Shown here one piece after another: positions 24,701 through 39,700 of a DNA stretch of 64,000 nucleotides; position 1 is the first letter of the stretch; each line of letters opens with the position of its first letter. This DNA is from the human T2T-CHM13v2.0 reference genome, Homo sapiens: assembly GCF_009914755.1 (NCBI RefSeq), contig NC_060946.1; one strand, written 5' to 3'. A program made the position numbers and the translations under genes. Under the pieces are notes generated by a model, which searched no databases, was not told where the DNA came from, and saw only the letters and a program-made list of their open reading frames with translations.

Positions 24701-27700
24701 CCTCTTTCCAATCTGCTCAATCAAAAGAAAGTTTCAACTCTGTGAGGTGAATGCACACATCACAAGGGAGTTTCTCAGAAAGCTTCTGTTTAGTTTTTAC
24801 GTGAAGATGTTTCGTTTTTCAACATGGGCCTCAGAATCTCTCCAAATATCCATTTGCAGATTCTAGAAAAAGAGTGTTTCCAAACTCCTCAATCAAAAGA
24901 AAGTTTCAATTCCCTGAGATGAAAACACACATCACACCGAAGTTTCTTAGAAAGCTTCTGTCTAGTTTTTATGTGAAGATACTTCACAGTGCATCATAGT
25001 ACTCAATGGGCTCAGAAATATCCCTTGGCAGATTCTACAAAAGGACTGTTTCAAAACTGCTCAATCCAAAGAAAGTTTCAACTATGTGAGATGAATGCAC
25101 ACATCACAAAGAAGTTCCTCAGAATGCTTCTGTCCAGTTTATATGTGAAGAAGATTCCTATTTCACCATAGGCAATAAAGGGCTCGCAAATATTTTTTGC
25201 AGATTCTACAGAAAGACTGTATCCAAACTGCTCAATAAAAAGAAAGTTTTAACTCTGTTTGATTAATGGACACATCGAAAAGTAGTTTCTCAGAAAACTT
25301 CTGTTTAGTTTTTATGTGAAGATATTTCCTTTGTCACCATTGGCCTCAAAGCACTCCTAATATCCATTTACAGATTTCACAAAAAGAGTGTTTCCAAACA
25401 GCTCAATCAAAAGAAAGTGTTTAACTCTGTGAGGTGAAAGCACACATCTCCAAGAAGTTTCTCAGAAAGCTTCGGTCTACTTTTCATGTGAAGATATTTC
25501 CAGTTTCACCGTAGGCCTCAAAGGGCTAAGAAATATCCCTTTCCAGATTCTAAAAGACGACCGTTTCCATACTTCTGAATCCAAAGAAAGGTTAAATTCT
25601 CTGAGGTTAATGCCCACGTCAGAATGAAGTTTCTCAGAATTCTCCTGTCTAGTTTCTATGTGAAGATATTTACTATTTCACTATAGGCTTCAAAGGTCTC
25701 AAAAATATCCCTTTGCAGATTCTACAAAAAGATGGTTTCCACAGTGCTGAATTAAAAGAAACCTTCAGCTCTGTCAGATGAATGGAGACATCACAAAGAA
25801 GTTCCTCGGAATGCTTCTGTCTAGTTTAAATGTGAAGATATTTCTCTTTCACCACAGACCTCAAATGGCTCAGAAATATGCCTTTGCAGATTGCAGAAAA
25901 AGACTGTCTCCAAACTGCTCAAATAAAATAAAGTTTCAACACTGTGAGATGAATGCACACATCACAAAGAAGTTTCTCAGAAAGCTTCTCTCTAGTTTTT
26001 ATGTGTAGATATTTCCTTTTTCAGCGTAGTCCTTACACCGCTCACAAATATCCTTCTGCAGATACTAGAAAAAGACTGTTTCCAAACTGCTCCATCAAAA
26101 GAAAATTTCACCTACCTGAGATGAATGCACACATCACAAAGAAGTTTCTCAGAATTCTTCTGTCTAGATTTTATGTGGAGATATTTCCATTTTCACCTTA
26201 GGCCTCAAAGCGCTCCACACATCCCTTTGCAGATGATACGAAAAGACTGTTTCCAAACTGCTCAATCAAAAGAAATTTTCAACTCTGTGAGATGAAAGCA
26301 CCCATCACAAAAAAGTTTCTCAGAAATCTTCTGTCTAGTTTTTATCTCAAGAGAATTCCTATTTTGCCATAGGAATCAAGGGGCTCACAAATATCCCTTT
26401 GCAGATTCTACAAAAGTTCTGTTTACAAACCTCTCAATCAAAAGAAACGTTCAACATTGTGAGATGAATGAACACATCACAAAGAAGTTTCTCAGAATGC
26501 TTCTGTCTGCTTACTCTGTGAAGATATTTCTTTTTTCACCACAGTCTTTAAGCCACTCAAAAATATCTGTCTGCAGACACTACAAAAAGACTGTTTCCAA
26601 ACTGGCCCATATAGCATGTTTCAACTATGTGAAATGAATGCACTCATCAAAGAGAAGTTTCTCAGAATTCTTCTGTCTAGTTTTTATGTGAAGATATTTC
26701 CTTCTTCACCGTAGGCCGCAAATTGCTCCAAATATCCATTTGCGGATTCTACAGAAAGAATGTTTCCAAACTGGTCAATCAACAGAAAGGCTCAACTCTG
26801 TGAGACGAAAGCACACATCACAAAGAAGTTTCTCAGAAAGCTTCTGTCTACATTTTATGTGAAGGTATTTCCTTTGGCACCGTAGGCCTTAAACCACTCA
26901 CAAATATAACTCCGCTTATACTACCAAGAGAATTTCTCCAAATTGCTAAATCAAAAGAAACGTTCAACTCTGTGAGATGAATACACACATCAAAAAGAAG
27001 TTTCTCAAAATGCTTCTGTCTAGTTTTCATGTGAAGATATTTATTTTTCACCATTGGCCCCAAACGGCTCAGAAATATCCCTTTGCAGTTTGTAGGAAAA
27101 GACTGTTTCCAAACTGCTCAATGAAAAGAAGTGGTCAACTATTAGAGATGAATGGAAATGTCACAAAGAGTTTTCTCATAAAGCTACTGCGTCGTTTTTA
27201 TGTGAAGACGTTTCCTTTTTCACTCTAGGCCTTAAAACTCTCTAAATATACATTCATAGATTCTACAAAAAGACTGATTCCAAACTGCGCAATCAGAAGA
27301 AATGTTCAATTCCGTGTGACAAACGTGCACATCACAAAGAAATTTGTCAGAAAGCTTCTGTCTACTTTTTACGTGAAGATATTTCATATTTCAACAAAGG
27401 CCGTAAAGGGCTCACAAATAACCCTTTGCAGATTCTAAGAAAAGACATTTTCCAAACTCCTCAATCAAAAGAAAGGTTTCACTCTGTGCGATGAATGGAC
27501 ACATCACAAAGAAGTTTCTCAGAAAGCTTCGGTCTACTGTTTATGTGAGGCTATTTCTTGTTCACCATAGGCCTCAAGCAGCTAAGAAATTTCCCTCTGC
27601 AGCTTCTACAAAAGACTGGTTACAAACTGCTCAACTGAAAGGAAGGTTGAATTCTGTGACATGAATTCACACATCACAAAGAGGTTTCTCAGAAATCTTC

Positions 27701-30700
27701 TGTCTAGTTTTTATGTGAAGATACTTCCTTTTTCACCAAGGGCCTCAAATATCTCCAAATATCCATTTGCAGATTCTACAGAAAGACTTCCCAAACTGCT
27801 CAATCAAAAGAAAGGTTCAACACAGTGAGATGAAGGCACACATCACAAAGAAGTTTCTCAGAAATCTCCTGTCTAGTTTTTATGTGAAGATATTTCGTAT
27901 TTCACCACAGGCCATAAGGGGCTCACAAATATCCCTTTGCAGGTTCTACAAAAAGACTGTTTCCAAACTGCTCAATCAAAAGAAAGGTTCAACTCTGTGA
28001 CGTGAATGGACACATCGCAGAAAATTTCTTGGAACGATTCCGTCTAGTTTTTATGGGAAGATGTTTCTCTTTCACCATAAGCCTCAAACGGATCAGAATT
28101 CTCCCTTTGCAGATTGTACAATAAGACTCTTTCCAATCTGCTCAATCAAAAGAAAGTTTCAACTCTGTGAGGTGAATGCACACATCACAAGGGAGTTTCT
28201 CAGAAAGCTTCTGTTTAGTTTTTACGTGAAGATGTTTCGTTTTTCAACATGGGCCTCAGAATCTCTCCAAATATCCATTTGCAGATTCTAGAAAAAGAGT
28301 GTTTCCAAACTCCTCAATCAAAAGAAAGTTTCAATTCCCTGAGATGAAAACACACATCACACCGAAGTTTCTTAGAAAGCGTCTGTGAAGTTTTTATGTG
28401 AAGATACTTCACAGTGCATCATAGTACTCAATGGGCTCAGAAATATCCCTTGGCAGATTCTACAAAAGGACTGTTTCAAAACTGCTCAATCCAAAGAAAG
28501 TTTCAACTATGTGAGATGAATGCACACATCACAAAGAAGTTCCTCAGAATGCTTCTGTCCAGTTTATATGTGAAGAAGATTCCTATTTCACCATAGGCAA
28601 TAAAGGGCTCGCAAATATTTTTTGCAGATTCTACAGAAAGACTGTATCCAAACTGCTCAATAAAAAGAAAGTTTTAACTCTGTTTGATTAATGGACACAT
28701 CGAAAAGTAGTTTCTCAGAAAACTTCTGTTTAGTTTTTATGTGAAGATATTTCCTTTGTCACCATTGGCCTCAAAGCACTCCTAATATCCATTTACAGAT
28801 TTCACAAAAAGAGTGTTTCCAAACAGCTCAATCAAAAGAAAGTGTTTAACTCTGTGAGGTGAAAGCACACATCTCCAAGAAGTTTCTCAGAAAGCTTCGG
28901 TCTACTTTTCATGTGAAGATATTTCCAGTTTCACCGTAGGCCTCAAAGGGCTAAGAAATATCCCTTTCCAGATTCTAAAAGACGACCGTTTCCATACTTC
29001 TGAATCCAAAGAAAGGTTAAATTCTCTGAGGTTAATGCCCACGTCAGAATGAAGTTTCTCAGAATTCTCCTGTCTAGTTTCTATGTGAAGATATTTACTA
29101 TTTCACTATAGGCTTCAAAGGTCTCAAAAATATCCCTTTGCAGATTCTACAAAAAGATGGTTTCCACAGTGCTGAATTAAAAGAAACCTTCAGCTCTGTC
29201 AGATGAATGGAGACATCACAAAGAAGTTCCTCGGAATGCTTCTGTCTAGTTTAAATGTGAAGATATTTCTCTTTCACCACAGACCTCAAATGGCTCAGAA
29301 ATATGCCTTTGCAGATTGCAGAAAAAGACTGTCTCCAAACTGCTCAAATAAAATAAAGTTTCAACACTGTGAGATGAATGCACACATCACAAAGAAGTTT
29401 CTCAGAAAGCTTCTCTCTAGTTTTTATGTGTAGATATTTCCTTTTTCAGCGTAGTCCTTACACCGCTCACAAATATCCTTCTGCAGATACTAGAAAAAGA
29501 CTGTTTCCAAACTGCTCCATCAAAAGAAAATTTCACCTACCTGAGATGAATGCACACATCACAAAGAAGTTTCTCAGAATTCTTCTGTCTAGATTTTATG
29601 TGGAGATATTTCCATTTTCACCTTAGGCCTCAAAGCGCTCCACACATCCCTTTGCAGATGATACGAAAAGACTGTTTCCAAACTGCTCAATCAAAAGAAA
29701 TTTTCAACTCTGTGAGATGAAAGCACCCATCACAAAAAAGTTTCTCAGAAATCTTCTGTCTAGTTTTTATCTCAAGAGAATTCCTATTTTGCCATAGGAA
29801 TCAAGGGGCTCACAAATATCCCTTTGCAGATTCTACAAAAGTTCTGTTTACAAACCTCTCAATCAAAAGAAACGTTCAACATTGTGAGATGAATGAACAC
29901 ATCACAAAGAAGTTTCTCAGAATGCTTCTGTCTGCTTACTCTGTGAAGATATTTCTTTTTTCACCACAGTCTTTAAGCCACTCAAAAATATCTGTCTGCA
30001 GACACTACAAAAAGACTGTTTCCAAACTGGCCCATATAGCATGTTTCAACTATGTGAAATGAATGCACTCATCAAAGAGAAGTTTCTCAGAATTCTTCTG
30101 TCTAGTTTTTATGTGAAGATATTTCCTTCTTCACCGTAGGCCGCAAATTGCTCCAAATATCCATTTGCGGATTCTACAGAAAGAATGTTTCCAAACTGGT
30201 CAATCAACAGAAAGGCTCAACTCTGTGAGACGAAAGCACACATCACAAAGAAGTTTCTCAGAAAGCTTCTGTCTACATTTTATGTGAAGGTATTTCCTTT
30301 GGCACCGTAGGCCTTAAACCACTCACAAATATAACTCCGCTTATACTACCAAGAGAATTTCTCCAAATTGCTAAATCAAAAGAAACGTTCAACTCTGTGA
30401 GATGAATACACACATCAAAAAGAAGTTTCTCAAAATGCTTCTGTCTAGTTTTCATGTGAAGATATTTATTTTTCACCATTGGCCCCAAACGGCTCAGAAA
30501 TATCCCTTTGCAGTTTGTAGGAAAAGACTGTTTCCAAACTGCTCAATGAAAAGAAGTGGTCAACTATTAGAGATGAATGGAAATGTCACAAAGAGTTTTC
30601 TCATAAAGCTACTGCGTCGTTTTTATGTGAAGACGTTTCCTTTTTCACTCTAGGCCTTAAAACTCTCTAAATATACATTCATAGATTCTACAAAAAGACT

Positions 30701-33700
30701 GATTCCAAACTGCGCAATCAGAAGAAATGTTCAATTCCGTGTGACAAACGTGCACATCACAAAGAAATTTGTCAGAAAGCTTCTGTCTACTTTTTACGTG
30801 AAGATATTTCATATTTCAACAAAGGCCGTAAAGGGCTCACAAATAACCCTTTGCAGATTCTAAGAAAAGACATTTTCCAAACTCCTCAATCAAAAGAAAG
30901 GTTTCACTCTGTGCGATGAATGGACACATCACAAAGAAGTTTCTCAGAAAGCTTCGGTCTACTGTTTATGTGAGGCTATTTCTTGTTCACCATAGGCCTC
31001 AAGCAGCTAAGAAATTTCCCTCTGCAGCTTCTACAAAAGACTGGTTACAAACTGCTCAACTGAAAGGAAGGTTGAATTCTGTGACATGAATTCACACATC
31101 ACAAAGAGGTTTCTCAGAAATCTTCTGTCTAGTTTTTATGTGAAGATACTTCCTTTTTCACCAAGGGCCTCAAATATCTCCAAATATCCATTTGCAGATT
31201 CTACAGAAAGACTTCCCAAACTGCTCAATCAAAAGAAAGGTTCAACACAGTGAGATGAAGGCACACATCACAAAGAAGTTTCTCAGAAATCTCCTGTCTA
31301 GTTTTTATGTGAAGATATTTCGTATTTCACCACAGGCCATAAGGGGCTCACAAATATCCCTTTGCAGGTTCTACAAAAAGACTGTTTCCAAACTGCTCAA
31401 TCAAAAGAAAGGTTCAACTCTGTGACGTGAATGGACACATCGCAGAAAATTTCTTGGAACGATTCCGTCTAGTTTTTATGGGAAGATGTTTCTCTTTCAC
31501 CATAAGCCTCAAACGGATCAGAATTCTCCCTTTGCAGATTGTACAATAAGACTCTTTCCAATCTGCTCAATCAAAAGAAAGTTTCAACTCTGTGAGGTGA
31601 ATGCACACATCACAAGGGAGTTTCTCAGAAAGCTTCTGTTTAGTTTTTACGTGAAGATGTTTCGTTTTTCAACATGGGCCTCAGAATCTCTCCAAATATC
31701 CATTTGCAGATTCTAGAAAAAGAGTGTTTCCAAACTCCTCAATCAAAAGAAAGTTTCAATTCCCTGAGATGAAAACACACATCACACCGAAGTTTCTTAG
31801 AAAGCTTCTGTCTAGTTTTTATGTGAAGATACTTCACAGTGCATCATAGTACTCAATGGGCTCAGAAATATCCCTTGGCAGATTCTACAAAAGGACTGTT
31901 TCAAAACTGCTCAATCCAAAGAAAGTTTCAACTATGTGAGATGAATGCACACATCACAAAGAAGTTCCTCAGAATGCTTCTGTCCAGTTTATATGTGAAG
32001 AAGATTCCTATTTCACCATAGGCAATAAAGGGCTCGCAAATATTTTTTGCAGATTCTACAGAAAGACTGTATCCAAACTGCTCAATAAAAAGAAAGTTTT
32101 AACTCTGTTTGATTAATGGACACATCGAAAAGTAGTTTCTCAGAAAACTTCTGTTTAGTTTTTATGTGAAGATATTTCCTTTGTCACCATTGGCCTCAAA
32201 GCACTCCTAATATCCATTTACAGATTTCACAAAAAGAGTGTTTCCAAACAGCTCAATCAAAAGAAAGTGTTTAACTCTGTGAGGTGAAAGCACACATCTC
32301 CAAGAAGTTTCTCAGAAAGCTTCGGTCTACTTTTCATGTGAAGATATTTCCAGTTTCACCGTAGGCCTCAAAGGGCTAAGAAATATCCCTTTCCAGATTC
32401 TAAAAGACGACCGTTTCCATACTTCTGAATCCAAAGAAAGGTTAAATTCTCTGAGGTTAATGCCCACGTCAGAATGAAGTTTCTCAGAATTCTCCTGTCT
32501 AGTTTCTATGTGAAGATATTTACTATTTCACTATAGGCTTCAAAGGTCTCAAAAATATCCCTTTGCAGATTCTACAAAAAGATGGTTTCCACAGTGCTGA
32601 ATTAAAAGAAACCTTCAGCTCTGTCAGATGAATGGAGACATCACAAAGAAGTTCCTCGGAATGCTTCTGTCTAGTTTAAATGTGAAGATATTTCTCTTTC
32701 ACCACAGACCTCAAATGGCTCAGAAATATGCCTTTGCAGATTGCAGAAAAAGACTGTCTCCAAACTGCTCAAATAAAATAAAGTTTCAACACTGTGAGAT
32801 GAATGCACACATCACAAAGAAGTTTCTCAGAAAGCTTCTCTCTAGTTTTTATGTGTAGATATTTCCTTTTTCAGCGTAGTCCTTACACCGCTCACAAATA
32901 TCCTTCTGCAGATACTAGAAAAAGACTGTTTCCAAACTGCTCCATCAAAAGAAAATTTCACCTACCTGAGATGAATGCACACATCACAAAGAAGTTTCTC
33001 AGAATTCTTCTGTCTAGATTTTATGTGGAGATATTTCCATTTTCACCTTAGGCCTCAAAGCGCTCCACACATCCCTTTGCAGATGATACGAAAAGACTGT
33101 TTCCAAACTGCTCAATCAAAAGAAATTTTCAACTCTGTGAGATGAAAGCACCCATCACAAAAAAGTTTCTCAGAAATCTTCTGTCTAGTTTTTATCTCAA
33201 GAGAATTCCTATTTTGCCATAGGAATCAAGGGGCTCACAAATATCCCTTTGCAGATTCTACAAAAGTTCTGTTTACAAACCTCTCAATCAAAAGAAACGT
33301 TCAACATTGTGAGATGAATGAACACATCACAAAGAAGTTTCTCAGAATGCTTCTGTCTGCTTACTCTGTGAAGATATTTCTTTTTTCACCACAGTCTTTA
33401 AGCCACTCAAAAATATCTGTCTGCAGACACTACAAAAAGACTGTTTCCAAACTGGCCCATATAGCATGTTTCAACTATGTGAAATGAATGCACTCATCAA
33501 AGAGAAGTTTCTCAGAATTCTTCTGTCTAGTTTTTATGTGAAGATATTTCCTTCTTCACCGTAGGCCGCAAATTGCTCCAAATATCCATTTGCGGATTCT
33601 ACAGAAAGAATGTTTCCAAACTGGTCAATCAACAGAAAGGCTCAACTCTGTGAGACGAAAGCACACATCACAAAGAAGTTTCTCAGAAAGCTTCTGTCTA

Positions 33701-36700
33701 CATTTTATGTGAAGGTATTTCCTTTGGCACCGTAGGCCTTAAACCACTCACAAACATAACTCCGCTTATACTACCAAGAGACTTTCTCCAAATTGCTAAA
33801 TCAAAAGAAACGTTCAACTCTGTGAGATGAATACACACATCAAAAAGAAGTTTCTCAAAATGCTTCTGTCTAGTTTTCATGGGAAGATATTTATTTTTCA
33901 CCATTGGCCCCAAACGGCTCAGAAATATCCCTTTGCAGTTTGTAGGAAAAGACTGTTTCCAAACTGCTCAATGAAAAGAAATGGTCAACTATTAGAGATG
34001 AATGGAAATGTCACAAAGAGTTTTCTCATAAAGCTACTGCGTCGTTTTTATGTGAAGACGTTTCCTTTTTCACTCTAGGCCTTAAAACTCTATAAATATA
34101 CATTCATAGATTCTACAAAAAGACTGATTCCAAACTGCGCAATCAGAAGAAATGTTCAATTCCGTGTGACAAACGTGCACATCACAAAGAAATTTGTCAG
34201 AAAGCTTCTGTCTACTTTTTACGTGAAGATATTTCATATTTCAACAAAGGCCGTAAAGGGCTCACAAATAACCCTTTGCAGATTCTAAGAAAAGACATTT
34301 TCCAAACTCCTCAATCAAAAGAAAGGTTTCACTCTGTGCGATGAATGGACACATCACAAAGAAGTTTCTCAGAAAGCTTCGGTCTACTGTTTATGTGAGG
34401 CTATTTCTTGTTCACCATAGGCCTCAAGCAGCTAAGAAATTTCCCTCTGCAGCTTCTACAAAAGACTGGTTACAAACTGCTCAACTGAAAGGAAGGTTGA
34501 ATTCTGTGACATGAATTCACACATCACAAAGAGGTTTCTCAGAAATCTTCTGTCTAGTTTTTATGTGAAGATACTTCCTTTTTCACCAAGGGCCTCAAAT
34601 ATCTCCAAATATCAATTTGCAGATTCTACAGAAAGACTTCCCAAACTGCTCAATCAAAAGAAAGGTTCAACACAGTGAGATGAAGGCACACATCACAAAG
34701 AAGTTTCTCAGAAATCTCCTGTCTAGTTTTTATGTGAAGATATTTCGTATTTCACCACAGGCCATAAGGGGCTCACAAATATCCCTTTGCAGGTTCTACA
34801 AAAAGACTGTTTCCAAACTGCTCAATCAAAAGAAAGGTTCAACTCTGTGACGTGAATGGACACATCACAGAAAATTTCTTGGAATGATTCCGTCTAGTTT
34901 TTATGGGAAGATGTTTCTCTTTCACCATAAGCCTCAAACGGATCAGAATTCTCCCTTTGCAGATTGTACAATAAGCCTCTTTCCAATCTGCTCAATCAAA
35001 AGAAAGTTTCAACTCTGTGAGGTGAATGCACACATCACAAGGGAGTTTCTCAGAAAGCTTCTGTTTAGTTTTTACGTGAAGATGTTTCGTTTTTCAACAT
35101 GGGCCTCAGGAGCTCTCCAAATATCCATTTGCAGATTCTAGAAAAAGAGTGTTTCCAAACTCCTCAATCAAAAGAAAGTTTCAATTCCGTGAGATGAAAG
35201 CACACATCACACCGAAGTTTCTTAGAAAGCTTCTATCTAGTTTTTATGTGAAGATACTTCACAGTGCATCATAGTACTCAATGGGCTCAGAAATATCCCT
35301 TGGCAGATTCTACAAAAGGACTGTTTCAAAACTGCTCAATCCAAAGAAAGTTTCAACTATGTGAGATGAATGCACACATCACAAAGAAGTTCCTCAGAAT
35401 GCTTCTGTCTAGTTTATATGTGAAGAAGATTCCTATTTCACCATAGGCAATAAAGGGCTCACAAATATTTTTTGCAGATTCTACAAAAAGACTGTATCCT
35501 AACTGCTCAATAAAAAGAAAGTTTTAACTCTGTTAGATTAATGGACACATCGAAAAGTAGTTTCTCAGAAAACTTCTGTTTAGTTTTTATGTGAAGATAT
35601 TTCCTTTGTCACCGTTGGCCTCAAAGCACTCCTAATATCCATTTAAAGATTTCACAAAAAGAGTGTTTCCAAACAGCTCAATCAAAAGAAAGTGTTTAAC
35701 TCTGTGAGGTGAAAGCACACATCTCCAAGGAGTTTCCCAGAAAGCTTCGGTCTACTTTTCATGTGAAGATATTTCCAGTTTCACCGTAGGCCTCAAAGGG
35801 CTAAGAAATATCCCTTTCCAGATTCTAAAAGACGACCGTTTCCATACTTCTGAATCCAAAGAAAGGTTAAATTCTCTGAGGTTAATGCCCACGTCAGAAT
35901 GAAGTTTCTCAGAATTCTCCTGTCTAGTTTCTATGTGAAGATATTTACTATTTCACTATAGGCTTCAAAGGTCTCAAAAATATCCCTTTGCAGATTCTAC
36001 AAAAATATGGTTTCCACAGTGCTGAATTAAAAGAAACCTTCAACTCTGTCAGATGAATGGGGACATCACAAAGAAGTTCCTCGGAATGCTTCTGTCTAGT
36101 TTAAATGTGAAGATATTTCTCTTTCACCACAGACCTCAAATGGCTCAGAAATATGCCTTTGCAGATTGCAGAAATAGACTGTCTCTAAACTGCTCAAATA
36201 AAATAAAGTTTCAACACTGTGAGATGAATGCACACATCACAAAGAAGTTTCTCAGAAAGCTTCTGTCTAGTTTTTATGTGAAGATATTTCCTTTTTCAGC
36301 GTAGTCCTTACACCGCTCACAAATATCCTTCTGCAGATACTAGAAAAAGACTGTTTCCAAACTGCTCCATCAAAAGAAAATTTCACCTACCTGAGATGAA
36401 TGCACACATCATAAAGAAGTTTCTCAGAATTCTTCTGTCTAGATTTTATGTGAAGATATTTCCATTTTCACCTTAGGCCACAAAGCGCTCCACACATCCC
36501 TTTGCAGATGATACGAAAAGACTGTTTCCAAACTGCTCAATCAAAAGAAATTTTCAACTCTGTGAGATGAAAGCACCCATCACAAAAAAGTTTCTCAGAA
36601 ATCTTCTGTCTAGTTTTTATCTCAAGATAATTCCTATTTTGCCATAGGAATCAAGGGGCTCACAAATATCCCTTTGCAGATTCTACAAAAGTTCTGTTTA

Positions 36701-39700
36701 CAAACCTCTCAATCAAAAGAAACGTTCAACATTGTGAGATGAATGAACACATCACAAAGAAGTTTCTCAGAATGCTTCTCTCTGGTTACTTTGTGAAGAT
36801 ATTTCTTTTTTCACCACAGTCTTTAAGCCACTCAAAAATATCTGTCTGCAGACACTACAAAAAGACTGTTTCCAAACTGGCCCATATAGCATGTTTCAAC
36901 TATGTGAAATGAATGCACTCATCAAAGAGAAGTTTCTCAGAATTCTTCTGTCTAGTTTTTATGTGAAGATATTTCCTTCTTCACCGTAGGCCGCAAATTG
37001 CTCCAAATATCCATTTGTGGATTCTACAGAAAGAATGTTTCCAAACTGGTCAATCAACAGAAAGGTTCAACTCTGTGAGACGAAAGCACACATCACAAAG
37101 AAGTTTCTCAGAAAGCTTCTGTCTACACTTTATGTGAAGGTATTTCCTTTGGCACCGTAGGCCTTAAACCACTCACAAACATTACTCCGCTTATACTACC
37201 AAGAGACTTTCTCCAAATTGCTAAATCAAAAGAAACGTTCAACTCTGTGAGAAGAATACACACATCAAAAAGAAGTTTCTCAAAATGCTTCTGTGTAGTT
37301 TTCATGTGAAGATATTTATTTTTCACCATTGGCCCCAAACGGCTCAGAAATATCCCTTTGCAGTTTGTAGGAAAAGACTGTTTCCAAACTGCTCAATGAA
37401 AAGAAATGGTCAACTATTAGAGATGAATGGAAATGTCACAAAGAGTTTTCTCAAAAAGCTACTGTGTCGTTTTTATGTGAAGACGTTTCCTTTTTCACTC
37501 TAGGCCTTAAAACTCTCTAAATATACATTCACAGATTCTACAAAAAGACTGATTCCAAACTGCTCAATCAGAAGAAAGGTTCAATTCCGTGTGACAAACG
37601 TGCACATCACAAAGAAATTTGTCAGAAAGCTTCTGTCTACTTTTTACGTGAAGATATTTCATATTTCAACAAAGGCCATAAAGGGCTCACAAATATCCCT
37701 TTGCAGATTCTAAGAAAAGACATTTTCCAAACTCCTCAATCAAAAGAAAGGTTTCACTCTGTGCGATGAATGGACACATCACAAAGAAGTTTCTCAGAAA
37801 GCTTCTGTCTACTTTTTATGTGAGGCTATTTCTTGTTCACCATAGGCCTCAAGCAGCTAAGAAATTTCCTCTGCAGCTTCTACAAAAGACTGGTTCCAAA
37901 CTGCTCAACTGAAAGGAAGGTTGAATTCTGTGACATGAATTCACACATCACAAAGAGGTTTTTCAGAAATCTTCTGTCTAGTTTTTATGTGAAGATACTT
38001 CCTTTTTCACCAAGGGCCTCAAATATCTCCAAATATCCATTTGCAGATTCTACAGAAAGACTTCCCAAACTGCTCAATCAAAAGAAAGGTTCAACACAGT
38101 GAGATGAAGGCACACATCACAAAGAAGTTTCTCACAAATCTCCTGTCTAGTTTTTATGTGAAGATATTTCGTATTTCGCCACAGGCCATAAGGGGCTCAC
38201 AAATATCCCTTTGCAGGTTCTACAAAAAGACTGTTTCCAAACTGCTCAATCAAAAGAAAGGTTCAACTCTGTGACGTGAATGGACACATCGCAGAAAATT
38301 TCTTGGAATGATTCCGTCTAGTTTTTATGGGAAGATGTTTCTCTTTCACCATAAGCCTCAAACGGATCAGAATTCTCCCTTTGCAGATTGTACAATGAGC
38401 CTCTTTCCAATCTGCTCAATCAAAAGAAAGTTTCAACTCTGTGAGGTGAATGCACACATCACAAGGGAGTTTCTCAGAAAGCTTCTGTTTAGTTTTTACG
38501 TGAAGATGTTTCGTTTTTCAACATGGGCCTCAGGATCTCTCCAAATATCCATTTGCAGATTCTAGAAAAAGAGTGTTTCCAAACTCCTCAATCAAAAGAA
38601 AGTTTCAATTCCGTGAGGTGAAAGCACACATCACACCGAAGTTTCTTCGAAAGCTTCTGTCTAGTTTTTATGTGAAGATACTTCACAGTGCATCATAGTA
38701 CTCAATGGGCTCAGAAGTATCCCTTGGCAGATTCTACAAAAGGACTGTTTCAAAACTGCTCAATCCAAAGAAAGTTTCAACTATGTGAGATGAATGCACA
38801 CATCACAAAGAAGTTCCTCAGAATGTTTCTGTCTGGTTTATATGTGAAGAAGATTCCTATTTCACCATAGGCAATAAAGGGCTCGCAAATATTTTTTGCA
38901 GATTCTACAAATAGACTGTATCCAAACTGCTCAATAAAAAGAAAGTTTTAACTCTGTTTGATTAATGGACACATCGAAAAGTAGTTTCTCAGAAAACTTC
39001 TGTTTAGTTTTTATGTGAAGATATTTCCTTTGTCACAATTGGCCTCAAAGCACTCCTAATATCCATTTACAGATTTCACAAAAAGAGTGTTTCCAAACAG
39101 CTCAATCAAAAGAAAGTGTTTAACTCTGTGAGGTGAAAGCACACATCTCAAAGAAGTTTCTCAGTAAGCTTCGGTCTACTTTTCATGTGAAGATATTTCC
39201 AGTTTCACCGTAGGCCTCAAAGGGCTAAGAAATATCCCTTTCCAGATTCTAAAAGACGACCGTTTCCATACTTCTCAATCAAAAGAAAGGTTAAATACTC
39301 TGAGGTTAATGTCCACGTCAGAATGAAGTTTCTCAGAATTCTCCTGTCTAGTTTCTATGTGAAGATATTTACTATTTCACTATAGGCTTCAAAGGTCTCA
39401 AAAATATCCCTTTGCAGATTCTACAAAAATATGGTTTCCACAGTGCTGAATTAAAGGAAACCTTCAACTCTGTCAGATGAATGGAGACATCACAAAGAAG
39501 TTCCTCGGAATGCTTCTGTCCAGTTTAAATGTGAAGATATTTCTCTTTCACCACAGACCTCAAATGGCTCAGAAATATGCCTTTGCAGATTGCAGAAAAA
39601 GACTGTCTCTAAACTGCTCAAATAAAATAAAGTTTCAGTTCTGTGAGATGAATGCACACATCACAAAGAAGTTTCTCAGAAAGCTTCTGTCTAGTTTTTA

